The notes below the pieces were generated by a model. It saw only the letters and a list, made by a program, of their open reading frames with translations, was not told where the DNA came from and did no database searches. A DNA stretch of 63,481 bases, filler included, from Octopus bimaculoides (lineage: Eukaryota), in NCBI RefSeq assembly GCF_001194135.2. It is 5 parts of 5 records of this genome, joined end to end, with 100 filler letters (N's around TTAATTAATTAA, not from the genome) between each part and the next. Parts side by side here need not be neighbours in the genome. Positions count along the whole stretch, not along the records: positions 1 to 12,012 come from NC_068997.1; 4 more parts are not named here. One strand, 5' to 3'. Shown here in pieces: positions 1 to 11,717 of the stretch (positions are counted from its first letter, which is position 1; every line of letters starts with the position of its first letter). Made by a program: the position numbers and the translations under genes.

Positions 1-19
1 TATATATATATATATATAT

Positions 20-230
20 GGTTTCTCATTTTCTCTGGTGTATATATTCCTCCTGGATGGAACACCAGTCCACCACAGGACTACTTATTTTTACCTGCTG
101 AGTAGACTGGAACGACGTGAAATGAAGTGTTTTGGTCAAGAACACACCACATTGCCCAGTCAGGAATCGAAACCACTATCTTATGATCTTGAGTCCAACA
201 CCCTAACCACTAAGCCATGTGCCTCCATTT
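20..230 (-). mobile_element. tRNA-derived SINE with CORE-like middle and V-domain-like 3' part
   Basis: Minus strand reads A-box TGGCTTAGTGG and B-box GGTTTCGATTCC, then a CORE-like CTTGACCAAAACACTTCATTTCAC...CCAGTCTACTCAGC and GGACTGGTGTTCCATCCAGG. A related copy lies at about 38460-38680. Confidence 0.7.
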
Positions 231-546
231 AGTTGTACAACCAAATCCTTCAGGTATGAAGAGGGATCCATCCAGCAGGGAATGCCTTTACTTTTTATTT
301 ACCCTTTTTTTGCACGATCTATATTTTTTATTTATGTTGTTGTTGTTGTTCAACTCAGAGTTAACTCTAAATTGTAAAGAAGCAGGTTTATGATCGAAAT
401 TCCAGTTGTGACCATCCTGTTTCATTTTCTTTTCTTTCCAGTTCTCTTTCCTATTCTACATTATTCATTGTGTTCTTCCTGCCTATCTTTTGCTTTTTTT
501 TTTTTTTAGAAGATGTTAATGCTTTCTTTTCATTGTGTTGTTGCAG

Positions 547-658
547 GGTTTGGAGGAGGGCATTACCCAAGTGACAAAGAAAAGTCCTGACAGACGTCAA
601 ATACATGTCTGGAACTTTCCATTGAACATCACATTTAAAAGTACCAACCCATTTGGCT
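547..658 (+). CDS. B9D1: B9 domain-containing protein 1 (MKS/B9 transition-zone complex), internal coding exon, 112 nt, phase 0 to 1
   Basis: Acceptor ttgttgcag|G and donor T|gtaagt. Translates [37 protein letters not shown], matching the vertebrate B9D1 segment GLEEGISQITSK...VWNFPIDVTFKSTNPYG as I recall it. Splices in frame to the next exon to form the W codon (T+GG). Confidence 0.95.
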
Positions 659-867
659 GTAAGTAACTCCACATCTCTTTTTATACCTTTGAAATTTATA
701 ATTTAGTTCATTATTTAATTTGTGATGATACTAAAAGATTAGGTTTGGCCAGTCCACATACTCCTTAACGAGCATAGGGCCAGTTTTGTGGTTTCTAAGG
801 GACAAATATATTCCTTCCTAGATGGGACATAAATTCATTGTAGGATAACCCGCTTTTACTACCTCAG

Positions 868-1072
868 TGTGGAGGAGCAATGGCCCAGTGGTTAGGGCAG
901 TGGATTTGCAGTCATAGGATCGCGGTTTTGATTCCCAGACCGGGCGTTGTGAGTGTTTATTGGGCGAAAAACACCTAAGGCTCCACGAGGTTGCGTACTG
1001 TGGCTGATCTAATTGACTGCCCCCCCCTCCCCCAAAATTTCAGGCCTTGTGCCTAGAGTGGTAAAGAATATT
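868..1072 (+). mobile_element. Chimeric SINE: 5' head of family A fused to 3' end of family B
   Basis: 868-990 matches the family A head (29092 copy) up to CTCCACGAGG. It then switches to TTGCGTACTG...CCCCCAAAATTTCAGGCCTTGTGCCTAGAG, the family B 3' end (compare 52968-53045). Confidence 0.75.
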
Positions 1073-2587
1073 GGCATCAAATAAGAGCTATTTCAATTGT
1101 GTGTTCTTGCACAGTCTTTTCGAATTGAAGTTGCTTACTCAATTGACTTGAAAGACTTTTGGTGAGGAATTTAAAAAAGTTTTATCTATGAAGTTGCTGA
1201 GAATGCCCAAAGAAACTGTTTTCCTTGTATTTTAGGCAACACAGATATTAGTATTTCTGCGATTAGCAGCCATGGAATTCAGAATGAAGACAGCAATACA
1301 AATGTAAACAAATGGGAAAAAATCAATTCCATGCTGTAAACATGCCTGAGTCTTCAGGATCAATATTAGGACAACACAATAATGACATAAAGATAAATAT
1401 TTCAAATCTATATAAAATTATTATGGATGAGAAGACTAATAATAATGTCAGATGTATGGAACACCATCTTAATTAAAGTCTACGATGCTATTAATTCCAT
1501 GCAGGCCTTGAGCAGGAATTAATGGTGGCTTAATTGAGGTGTGGTGCACTCATTGCTGATACCCCCACCCACGACCTGACCGGATACAATTAATGTAGAG
1601 ATGGAAGTCTGTTTTGGTTGAATGATTGAGACTGGAATAAACCCTGTACCTGCTTGTGATTTTTGTAGGCCAATGAACTTGTTCTGTCATGGTTTTTATC
1701 ATCATCATCATCATTCACCACTGCCTCCTCCTTCTTGTCATTGTTGCCATTGTCATCATCATCATCATTCTCTGCTACTCCTCCTCCTACTCCTTCTGCT
1801 CCTCCTACTCTTTCTGCTCCTCCTACTCTTTCTGCTCCTCCTGCTCCTTCTGCTCCTTCTGCTCTTTTTGCTCCTCCTGCTCCTCCTACTCCTCCTCAAC
1901 ATTTTAACATCCACATAATAGAGTTCATTAAGATAGATTTTCTACATCTGGATGCCCTTCCTAATGCCAGACTGCTCTATGATTAATTCAGTGCAAAGTG
2001 AATAAATAAATGTTACATTTGACAGAGTAAACTGAATGCTAAAGAGTTAATGCTTTTATTTATGACTGCAATAATCGAGAGACAACTTACAACCAAGGAA
2101 CAGAATAATAGCAGTTTGAAGAAAAATGATTTGCTTCTCAATCATTACTTTTCACAACAGAATATGAATGAAGTAGGTTATACTGATCAGTTCCAATCTA
2201 GTTATAAGTTAGGAGAAATACATTTTTATTCAATGTAGTCATTGCTAATTCACTGCTAATGCATATGCACCGATATGTGAAAGAGAAAGTCAATTAATAT
2301 CAATGAACAGCAACAACAATCAATGAGGATGATTTAAACTAGAGTTGCGGATGAAATGCTGAAATGCCTCATCAGCATCTCAGACAGTTTGCTTGAAAAT
2401 GCAAAAGGAAAGCTGAAATAGCATTTCAAGTGTTTCAAACAAACCACTGGACATATAATTTGGTGAAGAAACAACCTGTAATAATTGCTTGAGGTATGTT
2501 AAACAATATGAGTCTGTGTCTGGTTGAGGCATTTCCCAGCTAAACTTGTATATAGTTTGTATATGTTTTGCAACCTTACCATTAAGC

Positions 2588-2982
2588 ACAGGTGTAGCTG
2601 TGTGCTAAGAAACTTACCTCTCAATAACATGGTCCCAGGTATCTTCTACTATAGCCTTGCGCCAACCAAAGTCTTGTGAATGGATTTGGTTGATGGAAAC
2701 TGAAAGAAGCCTGTCATATGTATTTGTATATATCTGTGTGTGTGTGTGTGTGTATGTGACTTTGTGTCTGTGTTTGTCCCCCACCATCGCATGACAACTG
2801 GTGTTGGTATGTTTACATTCCTGTGACTTAGCGGTTTGATGAAAGAGCCCGATACAATAAGTACCAAGCTTTAAAAAAATAAGTCCAGGATCGATTTGTC
2901 TGACTAATAAACTTTTCAAGGTGGTGCCCCAGCATGACCACATTCAAAAATGACTGAAGCAAGTAAAAGATAAAAGAAAAGA
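2588..2982 (+). mobile_element. SINE family C (tRNA-like head, internal (TA/TG)n microsatellite, GACTGAAACAAGTAAAAGA 3' end)
   Basis: Shared sequence with copies at about 14090-14265(-), 39930-40070(-), 41600-42255(+), 45350-45555(-), 47200-47775(+), 50140-50460(-), 52070-52260(+) and 59127-59235(+). Confidence 0.85.
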
Positions 2983-3189
2983 TAGAATATGTTTTTCATT
3001 TATGGTTTGTAAATTTTCAATTTTTTATAAAAAATTATTAAAGTTTTGATTTTTCTATTGATCATATTTAGTTAAATTTTATGCTGCTTTATACGTTTTT
3101 ATTTGCTTTCTTTCAGGTTTCTTTCCATTGTATTTTTCATAAAAATTCTGTATTACAGTTCTATATTTAAGAGATGAGGAATTATTTAC

Positions 3190-3392
3190 ATTATTTACAT
3201 TATTTACATTTGACGGATATTTGTCCTCATCTTGTTTGTTGTTAACACAACGTTTCGGCTGATATACCCTCCAGCCTTCGATATTTCCCCAAGACACCTG
3301 ACGAAGGCTGGAGGGTATATCAGCCGAAACGTTGTGTTAACAACAAACAAGATGAGGACAAATATCCGTCAAATGTAAATAATGTAAATAAT
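3190..3392. repeat. Perfect 91-bp inverted repeat with 21-nt spacer, derived from a Penelope-like terminal repeat
   Basis: 3190-3280 is the exact reverse complement of 3302-3392 (checked base by base). The spacer continues the right-arm sequence seen in the related copy at 11718-11830. Confidence 0.9.
3293..3338 (+). ncRNA. Minimal (type I, dimer-type) hammerhead ribozyme motif of a Penelope-like element
   Basis: gacac-CUGACGA-A-GGCUG(gaggguauau)CAGCC-GAAACGUU-guguu. Core CUGANGA at 3298-3304, stem II 3306-3310/3321-3325, GAAA at 3326, palindromic ACGU stem III, and 5-bp stem I GACAC/GUGUU. Confidence 0.6.
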
Positions 3393-4169
3393 GAAAATTC
3401 TGTATTGTTTAAAAAGTTTTTACATTAATTTTTTTCAATTTATCAAAATTATATTTGCAGCATCTGAACATTGCTTTTCTATATTTTTTTCATTTAAAAT
3501 TTCATGCGGAGATTTTTCAAAGAATTGAATTGGAACATTGGGAAGTGTTTGCCTATGGTAGACATCTGCGACTAGTGAGATGGATGCTGTTAATGTTCTT
3601 CTTATAGTGTTGCAAGACTTTAGACTTACCAAAAAATCTTCATAAAATCCATTGCTCGAATGTTACAGGAAGAGTAAGCAAGAATCTATTGTGCATCAGG
3701 TGGTGGTGGCAGCAGCAGCAGTGGTGGTGGTGGTGGTTGTTGTAGTGATAGTAGCAGTGATAGTGATTGTAGTTAGTATTTGTAGTCACCACTGCTGCTT
3801 AGCTCCCTAATCAGTTAAGATCCAGAAGATCTGTGGTCAAAATTATTCTGGCTCTGACCGTCTCAATTTTTTATTTTTTATTTTCAATTTTAGTATATTT
3901 ATGGAATACATCATCTAATGTGCACGTTTTTTTTTTTTTGGATTGTGGTAGTGTGTGATTTGAAGAAGACATGGCTACCATTTTTGGAAGCATGTATGTA
4001 TTTTTATTGAGAAGAAGATGGTGAAAGGAATGTAGGAAATTGATCAACAATGGAGCACCAAAATCTTCCTAAAAAATTGAATTTGATTCCGTAAAATTAA
4101 AGAAGCCACAGAAAAGAAAATCAAACAATAGGCCTAACAATAAGAATGAAAGACTATGAAAATATGTTC

Positions 4170-4310
4170 TTTGTTGTTGTTGTTGTTGTTGTTCAACCAC
4201 AAGAATGCTCTTAGTGAGCAGACTTATGATCCCACCCATTCTAACAGTGACCATCCTGCCTGTCTTTTCTGACAATTTGTTTCTGTGTATATTATCTAAT
4301 ATATCCTTCT
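4170..4310 (-). mobile_element. Repeat family F fragment ((CAA)n-tailed, SINE-like)
   Basis: TTGTTGTT...GACTTATGATC...TGACCATCC motif recurs at about 335-430, 19760-19985, 20230-20460, 27940-28140 and 35225-35440. Confidence 0.55.
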
Positions 4311-5972
4311 TCTTTTAGCCCTTTAGTATTTAAACCAGCCATATTTGACCCAAATATTAAACCTGTTTTATATCTAAACTGACCAGATCTCTCTTCTCAC
4401 ACCTACTCTACAATGCCATTGTAATAACATACAATTGCAAGATAATTCATGGTTAATTTAACACAATGTATATAAATAAGCATTACGTTTGACAGAGTAA
4501 CCTGAATGCTACACGGTTATTACAGATGATAGAATGTGATTTGAGGGTTATTACAGGGTTATTACAGATGATAGAATGTGATTTGGGGCAGATAGTTCCT
4601 TCTTGAGAGTCCTTCCATGAGCTATATTGTCTTCTACATGAACAACAAAGGAATCTAACATTAGCTTACATGAATCAATTCAGGTTAAGAACAGTTGTAC
4701 AAACACATTACAGACATGTGTGTACCATAGAGGCACATTGAGAGGCAATGCTTGTGAGTCTATTTCCTGATTCAGTACAGCATATTTTATCAAAATATCC
4801 TTTAGTCATGGTTGTTTAGTCAAGAAATTCATTTTTGTATCTTTAATGTTTTGTGTTTGATCTTACACATTAGCATCTTGGATAAGTGTCTTCAGCCAGA
4901 GTTTCAGCTTGGCAAATGCCCTGTGAGTGGACTCTAGTAGATATTTACTATATGGAAATCAGTCAGTGGAACTATTTTAGTTCTTGCATAGTTTAAAATC
5001 GTTAATCAGCCGGTAGGTTCCTTGAACAGAGTCCATTCTGAAGACAATATCCTCCTCTCTCTCTGTGACCAGCCTTGAAACTCTTTAAAAAAGGTCAAAG
5101 GTTACCCCTTCCTCTACTGACTAAGCCATGGAATAAATACAATTTTTTAAAGATATATTTGACCTCAATAGCACAGAAAAACTGCTTTCTATAGACTTGG
5201 TCAGTTAGTTTGAACTTGTTAGTACTTATGTATCTTCAACTGTTTTAGAAATGTAAAAATGCTGTGGAATTTTCGGATATTGATGGGCCACATGCTAGCA
5301 AACACTTAACCAGGCATCATTTTTCCCAGACAAAAATGACAATCATGTTGACATAGTAATACCAAATGACTATAATATTGGACAGAAGGAAGCTGAAAGG
5401 CAACATTAACTTAGCTATTTCATTGTAGATTTTATGGCATGTAAGTGGTTATATTATTGATAAGTAGATGCAACTTGAGAGATACTCAGGCATTTCTTTA
5501 AAGACTTTTGACAGGTCACCTATAAGGATAGATATATTCAAGTTCTAGGAAATAGTAGTACTACACCTTGTGGTAAATATGGATTATCTTACTAAACTAC
5601 AATTTCTTACAGTTGACCGAACACAGAAGGTCTGAAGGAAATAAGATAATTCTAAGCAGTTTAAGTGGCATTATTGATTGATTTTTATCTGCCACACAAT
5701 GGATTGAGGATTGTCTTTGAAATTCTCAAGGAAGAATTTAGGCATATGTTGATGACAAATTGAAATTTTATACACTTGTATGTATGTATGTATGTATGTA
5801 TGTATGTATGTATATAATATATATATGATAAAACAGGAAGCTGGAAAATTTATTGGTATTATTTATTCACCATTACACATGTTTCATTTGCTAATAGGAA
5901 TTACAGCGTTTTATATGTTAGCTAGGCATGTAAGGAATTTCCTATTACAAATTCTTCAAATAGAGCAATTAA

Positions 5973-6022
<50 letters not shown>

Positions 6023-6235
6023 CCTTTCTGCTAGAAGGCACAAGGCCTGGAATTTGGGGGAGGAGGATAGTTGATTACATCGACCCCAGTGTTTCACTGA
6101 TACTTAACTTATCAACCCTGAAGGGATGAAAGGCAAAGTCAAGCTCAGTGGAGTTTGAACTCAGAACATAAAGACAGACACAATGCCGCTAAGCATTTTG
6201 TCTGACATGTTAATGATTGTACCAGCTCACTGTCT

Positions 6236-6237
<2 letters not shown>
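6023..6237 (-). mobile_element. SINE family B (GAGCTGGCAGAATCGTTAGC head, GACTTTGCCTTTCATCC core) embedded in (AAT)n
   Basis: Reverse complement of the 8049 copy. At least 15 copies occur in the window (e.g. 21945, 24835, 25200, 27200, 37400, 37590, 47790, 56140, 59290, 61020, 61180, 63408). Confidence 0.85.
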
Positions 6238-6268
<31 letters not shown>

Positions 6269-6306
6269 GTAGTAGTAGTAGTAGTAGTAGTAATGATGAT
6301 AATAAC

Positions 6307-6931
6307 ACTCTGATGCAATACCAGGTAGTGGCTCTCATCGCTTCTGATCTTAATTGATTGGAAGTGCTATCATGTACATTGTTTTGTCTTGGTATAAAAA
6401 GGATGGGCTACAGCAAATATTCTGCTTAATACGACAGATTTGCTTGTCAGTTGTTTGGCCTTAACCAATTGAGCATGTCTCTTGGTGGCCGATGATATGT
6501 GTATCTGTGATCATGAGCAGAAGTAGCGGGGGGAGCATCAATGCCATGTGTTGAGAGGAATTCTTTGGGCTTTGAATAATTCACTTCTGGAAACATGAGT
6601 GTTTCATTCAACATCCTTAAACAACCTTTATTCCTTCATTCAGTGACCTTTTCAGTGGGATGTGCTACTCAACCTGAAGAAAATTCTAACTGGACCCCAG
6701 CTTCAAAGTCATGCACTGTTTATCTTGATATGAGATCACCATGTTGTGCACATATGGTTGTGATGCATGTGCCTGGTGTACCCTTATCAGACGGGTAGTC
6801 ATGATGGGTATACTGGGCTTCGTATATTTTACCCCAGTATCATTTTGATGACATGCATTGCTCTCTCACTCAATAATAATATTAATAATAATAATAATAA
6901 CGATAAAAATAATAATAATAATAACGATAAA

Positions 6932-6970
<39 letters not shown>
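6307..6970 (+). mobile_element. Retroposon family E (about 560 bp) with (AAT)n tail ending about 20 nt before the B9D1 splice acceptor
   Basis: Same sequence at 22367-22860(+), 22885-23290(-) and 60190-60477(-). Ends CTCTCTCACTC followed by (AAT)n. Confidence 0.85.
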
Positions 6971-6971
<1 letters not shown>

Positions 6972-6990
6972 TTTACTTTTGTTGTTGTAG

Positions 6991-7087
6991 GGCCTCGTAT
7001 TGTTGTTCATGCCTATGGATTAGACACTTTTGGCAATGATGTGGTCCGCGGTTATGGAATGTGCCATGTTCCTATAATTCCTGGCAG
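6991..7087 (+). CDS. B9D1: B9D1 internal coding exon, 97 nt, phase 1 to 2
   Basis: Acceptor ttttgttgttgtag|GG and donor AG|gtaaga. Translates (W)[31 protein letters not shown](R), versus vertebrate [33 protein letters not shown] (recalled). Confidence 0.95.
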
Positions 7088-7995
7088 GTAAGATATTTTT
7101 GAATTAATGAATTTCTTCCATGTTCAAGAAGCCAAAAATGTACCATGAGTAAGTTAGCAGGAAGATGATGATGATGAATGTGACAATGATGCCTGTAACA
7201 TGGGCATCAATTACATATGTAAAGCAGTTCTAGCAAAGGATTAATTAGATAATGTTTGATTATAATGAAGTGTTAATTTAATTAATTTCCCTTAACAAAG
7301 GTTTTCCTCTGCTATTACAGATATTCCTTTAATTATAATTTTTCTGATTTAAAAAACTTTTTTCAATTTTTTTTTTTCTGGTGATAACTTCATCATTACC
7401 AATTTTTGAATACCTGCCATTTTCCTTTGTTTTGTTTTGTTTTGTTTTATGCTTTCATTTATAAATCTTCAAATTTTGTATCAGGTTTTCTCTTAGAACT
7501 ACATTTGAATTTCGAACACCAGTTTGTTAATGTTATTATTATGTGAAAGTGATTCTATGCTGAACCAGATTGAAAGAACTGAAGGCAGATATTTTCCCCT
7601 TTGGCCAAGTCCTCATTAAATTCTTTAAGTTCCATTCAAAGAAGAAGTTGGAAAAGGAGAGGGAGTTGTTCCTCTCCTGTGAAGTTCTTGAAATATGGAT
7701 GAAAGTTGTCAGAGATAACTTTGGGAGATGGGTCTACATTCAGCATACACTTGTCAGCCAGAGATCACAACTAAGAAAGGACACTTTCCTTTGGTAGTCA
7801 AAGTAATCCTTAATCTGCAGGGTTCCTTTGATTGACCTTAGGGTGCTGTCCTCTTTCGGGATATCTCATTTCATTTTTGTACACTGTTGTTTTCCATGTG
7901 ATTTGTGTGTGTGTGTGTAATAAATTCTTTAAAAAAGAAAAAATCATACTAATTTTCATTTGTCCTTCAATCCTCCTCCTCTTCCTTGTCATCTT

Positions 7996-8035
<40 letters not shown>

Positions 8036-8048
8036 CATTATTATTATT

Positions 8049-8278
8049 AAGGCATCGAGCTGGCAGAATCATTAGCACACCGGGTGAAATGCTTAGTGGT
8101 ATTTCGTCTGCCTTCACGTTCTAAGTTCAAATTCCGCTGGAGTCAACTTTGCCTTTCATCCTCTCGGGTCTGATAAAATAAAGTACCATTTGAATGGTGG
8201 GGGTGGGGGGAATGTAATCGATTATTCCCCTCCCCCAAAATTTCAGGCATTGTGCCTATTATAGAAAGGGTTATTATT
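8049..8278 (+). mobile_element. SINE family B copy flanked by (ATT)n
   Basis: Complete head-core-tail match to the copies at 52829 and 59290. Confidence 0.85.
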
Positions 8279-10529
8279 ACTTTCGTGAAAGGAAATTTAT
8301 CTTAATGTCGTTTAATGGTTTCAGTGTCGTGGAATGGAAGAATTGTTAGAGTGTCAGACAGATGGCTTGTGGTATTTAGTTTTATGGTCTGTAAGTAAGA
8401 GAAGTGTTGAAATAGATTTTTTTAGGACATGACATTTTTCAAGCTAATATGTAACATTTTACTCTGTGCTGGGCCCAAAGTCATATAATGCTCTAATATG
8501 TGCCAAAGACATATTCAGTTTACTTGGAATCATGTCTGGTTTTAATCTAATTAGACTAATTTGTTCAAATTGGGATCTGCACTAAGAGAAGGTCCCTCCA
8601 CAAACACTTGAATGAAGGATACTATAATGAATTTTTAGTATATCATTGGAGCTAATAGTGGAGCTTCAAGCCCTTGATGCTTTTTGGCTGGGACTAGCAT
8701 ATTACACAAAGCATAAAACATCAATTTTCAGCTTTTGTAGAGTAGAGGGTCCCACTGAAAAGTCTCTATTTCAAATCTTCCATCAAATGTTGGTTTTGAT
8801 AAATATGGGTTCTAGTTGTTCTATCAGCTAAACTAATTAATTACCTGTTAATCAGGGAAATTGTTACTAGTCACTTGACCTCCTAAAACAGCAGGTAGAA
8901 GTAACTCAATATTTTGTTAGATATTAAACTAAAAATTCAAATAAAAGCTGGGTAAGTGATAAACATCCTAAATATCTTAATGTCATTTTTTTTAATGGCT
9001 AAATCAAAGAAAAGACAGCTTTTGTGACCCATCATAGATCCTTCAAGACTAATGAGAAGAAGGGGAGAAGTTATTCTCAGATTGGAGACCATAGCCGAAT
9101 ATTTGCCATGGTGTAGGCTTCACTAAAATTGTCCAAGGGCTAGGGTGGTGTTGGTGTTAAAACAGATGTGGCAGTTTACATCTGTCAACCTAGAATAGGA
9201 TCAAACCCTTTGACAGGCTTCTACATAGTTTCCATTTACTAAATTTCACTCATGAGGTTTTGGTCAACTTTAAGCTATAGAAGAATACGTCTGTCCAAGG
9301 TACCATACAGTGGGATTGAACCCAAAACTACATTGTTGTGTGAAGAGAACTTTTTAACAGTATAGAGACTGAGACAGTTGAGCACCAGATGAGACCATTT
9401 CCCTACATCAAAATATTATGCCTGTCATCCTGGTATAGAAGGAAAAAAAGGGTGCCAGGTTAGTACTAATTCTTGAGTTTTGACGTTACACTGTACGAAT
9501 ATAATTATCAATATCATTACACTCTCATCATTTCCTACACTATTATTATCCTTATCATCATCATCATCATCATTGCTGACTTCATCCACATCATCATCAT
9601 CGTCATCGTCATCATCATCATCATCATCATCATCTTTATTGATCTCCTCCTTCACCCTTTTCCCTACTAATATTGCTACTTCTATAACCCTCACACTACT
9701 ATAATCATCTCCCTCAGTTAATATTCTTTAACTTGACATTATATTAACTGGTGTTTACCAATACAAAAGAAAAGAAAAAACGAAGTTTTTTTTATTTTTA
9801 TTAAATTCAAAAATTAATTATTTTTTTTTTCTTTCACGAAAATTAATTAAGATTTTAAACTTTGCAGATAACCCATTTCCTTTTATTAGAGTCAGAATAA
9901 CAGATAACAAATCATTTCCAAAGAAATCACAAAAAGCAGATCCTGTTTCTAAATCATGTTTGTTATAGTTATACTCTGTTATCGAGGGTATTGATTGTAA
10001 ACAACTTTGGCATGTGCAGTGTTGGGAAATGAGCAAATGACCTTGGCTTTTTGTCACAGCTATGCCCAGTTCTTCCACTTCAGAGTAGTATGGCTGGGTG
10101 CATTAAACCTACGTCAGAAAAAAGTGCTTCAGCCAACTCATTAGTTTTTCGTTTCATATAGTCATCATCATTGTCATCGTCATTGTTCTTATCATCATTG
10201 TCATTTTCATAATTGTCATCATCGTCGTCATTGTCATCATTTCGCATCCACTTTCCCATGCTCACATGGATCAGATGCAATTTGCTGAGGCGGCTGGTTG
10301 CTTTTCCTGCTGCCAACCCTCACCTGCTTCCATGTAAGGTAATATTTCTCCATGGCGTGACATGTTTTCATAGAATTCATTTGAAATGAAGAACACTGTT
10401 TATGTGATAGTGACGCCAATTTAAAACTATTGTGGTATGTTAAAACCAAGAGAAATAAACACACACACACTCACAAACACACATACACACACACACACAC
10501 ACACAGACACACACACACACACGCTTACA

Positions 10530-11110
10530 TTCAGGCAAGTGAAATCGAAATCGAACCAAATTCGACGACTGGCATCCATGCCAACCTCTCCTTCATTGGA
10601 CACTAAACTTGGCTTGTGAAGACCTGTTGGGGCAAGTGATTGAAATCGTTATGGCACCTGTACCGGTGGAGCGTTAAGAGCACCGTCTGAGCGTGATCAT
10701 CGCCAGAGCAGCTGTCTGGCTTCTGTGCCAGTGGCATGTAAATACCACCATTTGAGCATGATCGTTACCAGTGTCGCCTTACTGGCACTTGTGCAGGTGG
10801 CACGTGAAAAACATTCGAGCGAGGTCATTGCCAGTGCCGTTGGACTGGCTCTTGTGTGGGTGGCACACAAAATATATCATTTTGAACGTGGCCGTTGCCA
10901 GTACTGCCTGACTGGCCTTCGTGCTGGTGGCACGTAAAAGCACCCACTACACTCTAGGAGTGGTTGGCATTAGGAAGAACATCCAGCTGTAGAAACTCTG
11001 CCCAATCAGATTGGAGCCTGGTGTAACCATCTGGTTCACCAGTCCTCAGTCAAATCGTCCAACCCATGCTAGCATGGAAAGCGGATGTTAAACGATGATG
11101 ATGATGAGGA
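10530..11110 (+). mobile_element. RTE-clade LINE 3' UTR (family D) with tandem ~65-nt hairpin units and (GAT)n tail
   Basis: CCCACTACACTCT...GGTTGGCATTAGGAAG...CCAACCCATGCTAGCATGGAAAGCGGATGTTAAACGATGATG tail, shared with the RTE ORF-bearing copies at 17330, 25830 and 31799. Confidence 0.8.
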
Positions 11111-11243
11111 GGAGGATGATGAGTATATATATCCAGACTACATTTTCCATTGTACTCTCATTTTTCAAGATGGCAGTGTGGATAGTCTCACTTGGTCTCT
11201 GTCTCTGTCTGTCTGTCTCTCTCTCTCTGTGCCTCTCTCTGTG

Positions 11244-11295
<52 letters not shown>

Positions 11296-11641
11296 ATTAG
11301 CTCCTATTTTAAGAATTTGCGGCATGGCAAGAACACCCTTACTTCAAAGTGTTCACACTTTCACTCGCAGCATGAATTGTTCTCACTGTACTATGTAGAA
11401 GCCACAACTTCATACTTCTAATGTTAATTACTTGTTAATTATCGTGACACAGTGCTTCCACTTCTTTACAGAGGCCAGTGACATCTATGTCATTGGCCTA
11501 ACCACAGTTGAGTTTGATCTGTTAGCACCAGAAAGTTTCCTCCTCCTCCTCCTCTCGTTATATACCCTTCATGTTGTCAGTCCTCAACAAGTTCTAATCA
11601 TATATTTGTAAGTCTTCAAGACCATTCAAATCAATATTTAA

Positions 11642-11717
<76 letters not shown>

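Noticed and set aside
1622-1986. Poly-H/L/S/P, poly-D/M/V/T/I and CV/TH/YI ORFs here and throughout the window
   Set aside because: These are translations of microsatellites. They have no splice or domain support.
3435-3690. Minus-strand GTAAGT donor at about 3624-3629 with a short open frame (ILAYSSCNIRAMDFMKIF)
   Set aside because: There is no polypyrimidine acceptor and no homology, and it would be antisense within the B9D1 intron. Chance is likely.
5280-5760. Possible degraded LINE RT (KTFDRSP resembling KAFDRVP)
   Set aside because: It is too decayed to support from sequence alone.
8190-8215. G-rich tracts as G-quadruplex candidates (also 53330 and 28690)
   Set aside because: They are short, lie inside repeat tails or simple repeats, and have no functional context.
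9818-10078. 86-aa minus-strand ORF in unique sequence
   Set aside because: It has a non-ATG start, no recognisable domain and no convincing splice sites, and it ends in a poly-A/T tract.
10600-10945. CRISPR-like appearance of the palindromic ~65-nt repeats
   Set aside because: The units are contiguous diverged tandem copies with no unique spacers, they sit in an RTE 3' UTR in a eukaryotic genome, and no cas genes are present.
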